A stretch of 64,000 nucleotides of DNA from Longimicrobiales bacterium. Its GTDB lineage: Bacteria; Gemmatimonadota; Gemmatimonadetes; Longimicrobiales; Gaopeijiaceae. The DNA is taken from positions 736,001 through 800,000 of the forward strand of contig CBDBCF010000002.1 in assembly GCA_965202985.1 (NCBI GenBank), read 5' to 3'. Under the pieces are notes generated by a model. That model was given only the letters and a program-made list of their open reading frames with translations, had not been told where the DNA came from and ran no database searches. Shown here in pieces: positions 58,401 to 64,000 of this stretch (positions are counted from its first letter, which is position 1; each line of letters begins with the position of its first letter). Position numbers and translations under genes: made by a program.

Positions 58401-59329
58401 GAGAGCGCGCGAGCCAGAAGGACCAGCCCGTAGGTCAGCGGGATCGTGAAGAACAGGCCGTCAAAGCGGTCCAGCACGCCGCCGTGGCCGGCCAACAGCC
58501 CGCCGGAGTCCTTGAAGCCGGCTTCTCGTTTCAGGAGGGACTCGGCCAAGTCGCCCACCTGCCCGGCCACGCCCAGAACCAGACCCACGGCCGCCCCCAC
58601 CGCCGGCGTCACGGGAAAGTTGGCGTAGTCGTCCAGAAGAAAGCCGGCGGCGAAGCCGGCCGCGGACGCGCCGGCCAGCCCGGCCAGCCCTCCTTCGACG
58701 GTCTTGCCGGGCGACACGCGGGGAGCCAGCCGGCGACGCCCGAGCTTCTTGCCCCCAAAGTAGGCCGCCGTGTCTCCGGCCCATGTGACCCAAAGCGGAA
58801 GGATCAGCAGAAGCGGCCCTTCCCACGGCGCCGGCGGGCTCGTGCCGTGGACCTCGGGAAGCGCGCGCAGGAAGATGGCGAACGACAGGGTGCCGCCGGT
58901 GTAGAGCGCTCCCGAGACGGTGGCCGACGCCGACGACAGCGGACCCTCGTCGATCTTGCGGTTGAAGACGACGGCCGCCGACGTCAGGAGGCCGAGGACC
59001 ATGAGGAGCGCCAGAGCGTGGTCGCCCCACTCGGCGAACGACGGTTGGTGCTGGGCGGACAGAACCAGGACGGCGGCGACCGGGATGCCGAGCCACCGGA
59101 GCGGCTGACCCGTCTTGGCCGCCGCCAGAGAGTAGAACTCCCTCGCCGCCAGCGCCGCCACGGCGGCCACGAGCACGGCCAGCGTCCAGCCTCCGACGTA
59201 GGCGGCCGCCGTGCCCGCCGGGATGCCGACCGCCGCGACGGCCACGCGCGACCGCAGTTCGGGCGACAAGGTCAGGTCCGTCCAGGCGCCGACCTCACGC
59301 CGTGGTGACCCGACCGAAGCGGCGCTCAC
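58397..59329 (-). CDS. cdsA: Phosphatidate cytidylyltransferase
   Basis: SPGKTVEG, GDLAESLLKR...KDSG..LAGHGGVLDRFD. Confidence 0.95.
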   Translation of the reverse strand: MSAASVGSPRREVGAWTDLTLSPELRSRVAVAAVGIPAGTAAAYVGGWTLAVLVAAVAALAAREFYSLAAAKTGQPLRWLGIPVAAVLVLSAQHQPSFAEWGDHALALLMVLGLLTSAAVVFNRKIDEGPLSSASATVSGALYTGGTLSFAIFLRALPEVHGTSPPAPWEGPLLLILPLWVTWAGDTAAYFGGKKLGRRRLAPRVSPGKTVEGGLAGLAGASAAGFAAGFLLDDYANFPVTPAVGAAVGLVLGVAGQVGDLAESLLKREAGFKDSGGLLAGHGGVLDRFDGLFFTIPLTYGLVLLARALS

Positions 59330-60020
59330 GCCGCTGATAGTCCAACAGGGCGCCGAACAGGTCGTCGCGGGTGAAGTCGGGCCAGTGCACCGAGGTGACG
59401 TAGAGTTCCGTGTAGGCCAGCTGCCACAGCATGAAGTTGCTGATGCGATACTCTCCCGACGTGCGGATCAGCAGGTCGGGATCGGGCAGCGAGCGGGTGA
59501 AGAGCTCTTCTTGGAAGACGGACGGGTCGATGGCCTGGGGACGCAGGCGGCCGGCCTCCACGCGAGCCGCAAGGCGCCGGGCAGCCCTCGCGATCTCTTC
59601 GCGGGCGCCGTAGGAGATCATCAGGTTGAGCCGAAGCTGCGAACCGCCCCGGGTCGCATCTTCGATCCGCTTGGTCGCCATGCGGGACAGGGCGTCCAGC
59701 CGTTCGACCTCGCCCAGCACGCGAACCTCGACCCCCGCGTCGGCCAAGCTTCGCCGTTCCTTGTCGGCGTAAGCCTGGAGCACGCCCATCAGCGCCGCGA
59801 TCTCGCTCTTGGGCCGCTTCCAGTTCTCGGTGGAGAAGGCGTACAGGGTCAGCACTTCGATTCCCGCCTCCACGGCGCCCTCCACCACCTCGCGCACCGC
59901 TCTCATCCCGGCCCGGTGGCCGGCGCTCCTGGGCAAGCCCCTCTTCTCGGCCCACCGTCCGTTGCCGTCCATGATCACGGCCACATGGCGCGGCGCGGGA
60001 CCGTCCAGTCCGATGCTCAG
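59295..60020 (-). CDS. uppS: Undecaprenyl-diphosphate synthase (start probably CTG 60020)
   Basis: PRHVAVIMDGNGRWA, YAFSTENWKRP and RTSGEYRISNFMLWQ motifs. Confidence 0.95.
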   Translation of the reverse strand: MSIGLDGPAPRHVAVIMDGNGRWAEKRGLPRSAGHRAGMRAVREVVEGAVEAGIEVLTLYAFSTENWKRPKSEIAALMGVLQAYADKERRSLADAGVEVRVLGEVERLDALSRMATKRIEDATRGGSQLRLNLMISYGAREEIARAARRLAARVEAGRLRPQAIDPSVFQEELFTRSLPDPDLLIRTSGEYRISNFMLWQLAYTELYVTSVHWPDFTRDDLFGALLDYQRRERRFGRVTTA

Positions 60021-60568
60021 ATCGACATCACCTCCTTCTCCTTGGCGCTCAGCAGGGCGTCGATCTTGCCGCAGTATTCGTCGGTCAGCTTCTGCACCTC
60101 GCTTCGCATTCGCGCGGCGTCGTCCTCTCCCGTCTCGTGGGCCTTCAACCGGGCCTTGATCCGCTCGTTGGCCGCGTGCCTGGCGTGGCGAACCGATATT
60201 CGGCCTTCCTCCGCCATCTTGTGAAGGACGCGGGCGTACTCGCGCCGGCGCTCTTCGCTGAGGGGGGGAACGGGAACCCGCACGATCGAGCCGTCGTTGG
60301 ACGGATTGAGTCCCAGCCCCGACGCTCGGACGGCCTTCTCGATCTCCTGAACGAGCGACGCGTCGAACGGCTGAACGACGAGCAGATCGGGACTGGGGGC
60401 CGTCACCGTGGCGACCTGGTTGAGAGGCATGACGCTGCCGTAGGCCTCAACCTTGACGGCGTCCAAGATCGCCGGAACGGCCTTGCCCGTGCGCACCGTC
60501 GCGAACTCGCGCCGAGTCGCCTCCACCGCATCTTCCATCCTGGTCGTCGTCTCTTCGAGTACCGGCAC
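60017..60568 (-). CDS. frr: Ribosome recycling factor
   Basis: VRTGKA, GLNPSNDG and PPLSEERR motifs; follows pyrH. Confidence 0.97.
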   Translation of the reverse strand: MPVLEETTTRMEDAVEATRREFATVRTGKAVPAILDAVKVEAYGSVMPLNQVATVTAPSPDLLVVQPFDASLVQEIEKAVRASGLGLNPSNDGSIVRVPVPPLSEERRREYARVLHKMAEEGRISVRHARHAANERIKARLKAHETGEDDAARMRSEVQKLTDEYCGKIDALLSAKEKEVMSI

Positions 60569-60587
60569 GTGTCTTCTCCGGGAGTCT

Positions 60588-61310
60588 TTAGGAGACCAGG
60601 GTTCCGATCCGGTCTCCGGCGATGGCGCTCCTGACGGCGCCTTGATCCTCGAGGGACAGCACGATAATGGGAAGCTGGTTCTCTCGGCAAAGCGACACGG
60701 CCGCGGCGTCCATTACCCGCAGGTCGCGGGTCACGACCTCTTGGAAGGTGATGTCGGAGATGAACTCGGCGGAGGCGTCGGTGGACGGGTCCGCCGTGTA
60801 GACGCCGGCCACCTTCGTGGCCTTGATGACCACGTCCGCGTTCATCTCCATGGCACGCAGCACGGCGGCGGTGTCGGTGGAGAAGTAGGGGTTCCCGGTG
60901 CCGCCGGCGAAGATCACGACTCGGCCCTTCTCCAAGTGGCGAACGGCCCGGCGGCGGATGTAGGGCTCGGCAAGCTTCTCCATCCGGATCGCCGTCATGA
61001 CGCGCGTGTCCACGCCCTTGCGTTCCAGCAGGTCCTGCACGGCGAGCGCGTTGATCACGGTCGCCAACATGCCCATATAGTCGGCGGACACGCGGTCCAT
61101 CCCGTCGCGGCTGGCGATCGTTCCCCGGACGATGTTGCCGCCCCCGATAACCAGCCCCAGCGCCACGTCCAGTTCGTGGATCGCCTTCACCTCGCTGGTG
61201 ATCCGGTCCACGACCTGCGGATCCACGCCGAAGCCCTGCGCCCCGGCCAGAGCTTCGCCCGACAGCTTCAGAAGGACGCGGCGGTACGCGGAACTCCGCG
61301 ACGAGGCCAC
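60588..61310 (-). CDS. pyrH: UMP kinase
   Basis: [17 protein letters not shown] and [10 protein letters not shown] motifs. Confidence 0.97.
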   Translation of the reverse strand: MASSRSSAYRRVLLKLSGEALAGAQGFGVDPQVVDRITSEVKAIHELDVALGLVIGGGNIVRGTIASRDGMDRVSADYMGMLATVINALAVQDLLERKGVDTRVMTAIRMEKLAEPYIRRRAVRHLEKGRVVIFAGGTGNPYFSTDTAAVLRAMEMNADVVIKATKVAGVYTADPSTDASAEFISDITFQEVVTRDLRVMDAAAVSLCRENQLPIIVLSLEDQGAVRSAIAGDRIGTLVS

Positions 61311-61324
61311 CGGCGAACGTCCCG

Positions 61325-61918
61325 CTAGGCTCCGACCTGAAACCGAGAGAACCGGGCAACCTCGATCTTTTCGCCGGTCTTGGCCGACACGGTCGTGATC
61401 AGGTCTCCCACGGTGCGCTCCGGGTCCTTCACGTACGCCTGCTCCAGCAGGACGCGCTCCTTGAAGAACTTGGCCAGCTTGCCTTCAACGATCCGGCCCC
61501 GAACGTGCTCGGGCTTGCCTTCGGCGGCCACCTGCTCTTCGTAGACGGCCCGCTCGCGGTCGACCAGCGCCTCTTCCACGTCCGACGCGCGCACGGCCAC
61601 CGGGTTCGCCGCGGCAACGTGCATGGCCACGTCTCGGGCCAAGTGCTGGAAGTCGTCGGTGTTGGCCACGAAGTCGGTCTCGCAGTTGAGTTCGACCAGG
61701 ACGCCGATCCGGCCTCCGTGGTGCACGTAGCTGGCCACGACGCCTTCGTTGGCGGCCTTTTCGGCCCGCTTGGCCGCCTTGGCCGATCCCTTGCTCCGCA
61801 GCAGGTCGATGGCGGCCTCCAGGTCTCCCGCTGTATCCTGCAACGCCTTCTTGCAGTCCATCATCCCCGCGCCGGTGCGTCGGCGAAGGTCCATCACGAG
61901 CTTGGCGCCGATCTGCAT
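61325..61918 (-). CDS. tsf: Elongation factor Ts (short, 197-aa form)
   Basis: [16 protein letters not shown] and [13 protein letters not shown] 61918. Confidence 0.97.
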   Translation of the reverse strand: MQIGAKLVMDLRRRTGAGMMDCKKALQDTAGDLEAAIDLLRSKGSAKAAKRAEKAANEGVVASYVHHGGRIGVLVELNCETDFVANTDDFQHLARDVAMHVAAANPVAVRASDVEEALVDRERAVYEEQVAAEGKPEHVRGRIVEGKLAKFFKERVLLEQAYVKDPERTVGDLITTVSAKTGEKIEVARFSRFQVGA

Positions 61919-61923
61919 TTCGG

Positions 61924-62838
61924 TCAGCCCGCCGCTTCCGGCGCGCCGGCGCCGTCGTCTCCGGCCTTGCGGACCTGGGCGATCGCCTCCGGGCGCGGAC
62001 GCCTCTTGCGCGACGGACGCCGCCGTTTCGGTTCGCGGCCCTCCGCCGACTTCTCGCCCGTCTCCGTGGAGTAGGTCGTCGCCTCCAGCTCGGCCATGCG
62101 CTTGAGGCGCTCGTCGGGCACCTCCCTGCGCGCGGCTTCGACGGCGTCCGCGATCGCGCCCACGATGAGGCTCACCGAGCGAATGGCGTCGTCGTTGCCG
62201 GGGATCGGATAGTCGATCAGGTCGGGGTCCACGTTCGTGTCGGCGATCGCGATCACCGGGATGCCCAGGCGATGGGCCTCGCGCACGCCGATGATCTCCC
62301 GCTTCGCATCGACCACGAAGACGGCGCCCGGCAAGCGAGCCATGTCCCGCACGCCATCGAAGTACTTCTCCAGCTTGGCGCGCTCTCTCTCCAGGAGGAG
62401 CCGTTCCTTCTTGGTGTAGAACTCGAAGGCGTTTTCCTCTTGACCGCGCTCCAACTCCTTCATGCGACGGATCTGGCGGCGGATCGTCTTGAAGTTGGTC
62501 AGCATCCCGCCCAGCCAGCGCTCGGTGACGAAGAGCGCGCCGCACCGGGCCGCCTCTTCCTCGATGACGCGGCGAAGCTGGCGCTTGGTGGACAGGAAGA
62601 GCACCCTCTCTCCCTTGAGGACTGCGGCTCGCACCGCCTCGCAGGCCGCGTCCAGGCGGTCCAAGGTCTTGCGGAGGTCGATGACGTGGATCCCGTTGCG
62701 CTCTCCGAAGATGTAGGGGCGCATCTTGGGGTTCCAGCGACGGGTCTGGTGGCCGAAGTGGACGCCGGCCTCCAACAGGTCGGTCAAGCCGACCGCGCGG
62801 CCGGGAGCCTCGGGTTGCTGCTCGACAGCTGTGCTCAT
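61924..62838 (-). CDS. rpsB: 30S ribosomal protein S2
   Basis: [26 protein letters not shown] and PGNDDAIRS motifs. Confidence 0.98.
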   Translation of the reverse strand: MSTAVEQQPEAPGRAVGLTDLLEAGVHFGHQTRRWNPKMRPYIFGERNGIHVIDLRKTLDRLDAACEAVRAAVLKGERVLFLSTKRQLRRVIEEEAARCGALFVTERWLGGMLTNFKTIRRQIRRMKELERGQEENAFEFYTKKERLLLERERAKLEKYFDGVRDMARLPGAVFVVDAKREIIGVREAHRLGIPVIAIADTNVDPDLIDYPIPGNDDAIRSVSLIVGAIADAVEAARREVPDERLKRMAELEATTYSTETGEKSAEGREPKRRRPSRKRRPRPEAIAQVRKAGDDGAGAPEAAG

Positions 62839-62854
62839 GTTCTTGCGTCCGCCC

Positions 62855-63247
62855 CTATCGCTTGCTGAACTGGAAGCGCTTGCGCGCCTTGGCCAAGCCC
62901 GGCTTCTTCCGCTCGACCTTGCGGGCGTCGCGGGTCAGCATGCCCCGTTCCCTCAATAGGGCGCGCTTCTCGTCGTCGATGGCCACGAGGGCCCGCGCCA
63001 CGCCCAGCCGGATGGCGTCGGCCTGACCGGTGAGCCCGCCGCCCCGGACGCGCACGTCCACGTCGAACTGACCTTCGGCGTCCGCGGCGCGCAGCGGGTC
63101 CTCGATGCGGACCCGGTGAGCGGGCCGGGGGAAGTAGTCGTCCAAGGCGCGTCCGTTGACCGACCATCGGCCGGCGCCGGGTCGCAGCGACACGCGGGCT
63201 ACGCTGCGCTTGCGGCGCCCCACGGTGCGGGCGGGGGCGGCGCTCAC
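62855..63247 (-). CDS. rpsI: 30S ribosomal protein S9
   Basis: [40 protein letters not shown] 63247 overlaps the rplM stop. Confidence 0.97.
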   Translation of the reverse strand: MSAAPARTVGRRKRSVARVSLRPGAGRWSVNGRALDDYFPRPAHRVRIEDPLRAADAEGQFDVDVRVRGGGLTGQADAIRLGVARALVAIDDEKRALLRERGMLTRDARKVERKKPGLAKARKRFQFSKR

Positions 63248-63693
63248 GATCCGCCTCCCGCGGCGACGTGCAGAACTTGGGGGTTCTGGCCTTGGTGGGG
63301 GTGGGCGGCACCCGCGTAGACGCGAAGCTTGCGGCGCATCTGGCGTCCGAGCTTGTTCTTGGGAAGCATGCCCCGGACGGCCAGCTCCACCACGCGGTCG
63401 GGAAACCGCTCCAGCATCTTCCGAAAGGGCACGTGCTTGTCGCCGCCCATGTAGCCGGAGTGGCGGAAGTAGGTCTTCTGGTCGGCCTTGCGCCCGGTCA
63501 GGACCACCTTGGACGCGTTCACGACGATCACGTTGTCGCCCGTGTCCAGGTGAGGCGTGTAGATGGGCTTGTGCTTGCCCCGCAGAACGCGGGCGATCTC
63601 GGTGGCGAGCCTCCCCAAGGGCTTGCCCTCCGCGTCGACCACCCACCAAGCCCGGTGAATGTCGCCCTTCCCGGGCGTGACGGTGCTGTTCAC
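63244..63693 (-). CDS. rplM: 50S ribosomal protein L13
   Basis: [26 protein letters not shown] and GMLPKN motifs; RBS GGAGG before GTG 63693. Confidence 0.97.
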   Translation of the reverse strand: MNSTVTPGKGDIHRAWWVVDAEGKPLGRLATEIARVLRGKHKPIYTPHLDTGDNVIVVNASKVVLTGRKADQKTYFRHSGYMGGDKHVPFRKMLERFPDRVVELAVRGMLPKNKLGRQMRRKLRVYAGAAHPHQGQNPQVLHVAAGGGS

Positions 63694-63774
63694 GGTCCTC
63701 CGATTCCTTGGCGGTCCTTGCCGGCGCGACGGGAGAAGTCCGCCGCCGGTCCTTCGGTTCCTGCAAAGCATGGA

Positions 63775-63804
63775 ACGATAGGTGCGGATACCCGCGAATG
63801 TCAA
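63775..63804 (-). promoter_or_regulatory. Sigma-70 promoter of the rplM operon
   Basis: TTGACA (63804-63799), 18-nt spacer, TATCGT (63780-63775). Confidence 0.7.
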
Positions 63805-63826
63805 CCTTGCGGACCCCGGCCCGCCG

Positions 63827-64000
63827 CTACTGGACGAAGCCCTCCAGAAATCGGGCCCGGGACGCGTGCCGCAGGCGGTCCAAGGCCTTCTCCTTGATTT
63901 GGCGGACGCGCTCGCGCGTGACGTTCAGCTCGCGTCCGATGTCTTCGAGGGTCTTGGGCTCGTCGCCGTCCAAGCCGTAGTACAGTCGCAACACGGTGGC
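63827..64000 (-). CDS. RpoD/SigA-family sigma factor, C-terminal region 4 (partial)
   Basis: VLRLYYGL...[29 protein letters not shown], stop TAG at 63827. Confidence 0.9.
   Translation of the reverse strand, partial: ATVLRLYYGLDGDEPKTLEDIGRELNVTRERVRQIKEKALDRLRHASRARFLEGFVQ

Overview
GC-rich bacterial chromosomal window. Gene order (rplM-rpsI-rpsB-tsf-pyrH-frr-uppS-cdsA-dxr-rseP), an alpha2-type GlyRS and the secreted beta-propeller, choice-of-anchor and Calx-beta proteins suggest a Gemmatimonadota-like, possibly host-associated marine organism (inference). Most genes are on the minus strand. Housekeeping genes (carB, nth, glyQS, nfuA, a dihydroorotase-family gene, the translation/isoprenoid operon, a partial sigma-70 gene) are interleaved with accessory inserts and gene remnants. 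Highlights: (1) a UGSC-type selenoprotein split by the ORF caller at an in-frame TGA followed by an fdhF-like SECIS hairpin, flanked by two arylsulfotransferase-like paralogs; (2) a GPP34/GOLPH3-cytochrome P450 fusion; (3) two lower-GC ABC-type ATPase plus effector modules (AAA+DUF4276+Vsr and AAA+PIN-like) that look like anti-phage systems; (4) a 10-kb Calx-beta autotransporter built from six mosaic 1053-bp modules, with a 19-bp homopolymer touching its -35 box; (5) an Rpn nuclease with an internal RBS/ATG for a probable small antitoxin; (6) an uncalled 37-aa MetS-like protein. No rRNA, tRNA or CRISPR array was recognised. All family assignments are from motif recognition by eye, not database searches.
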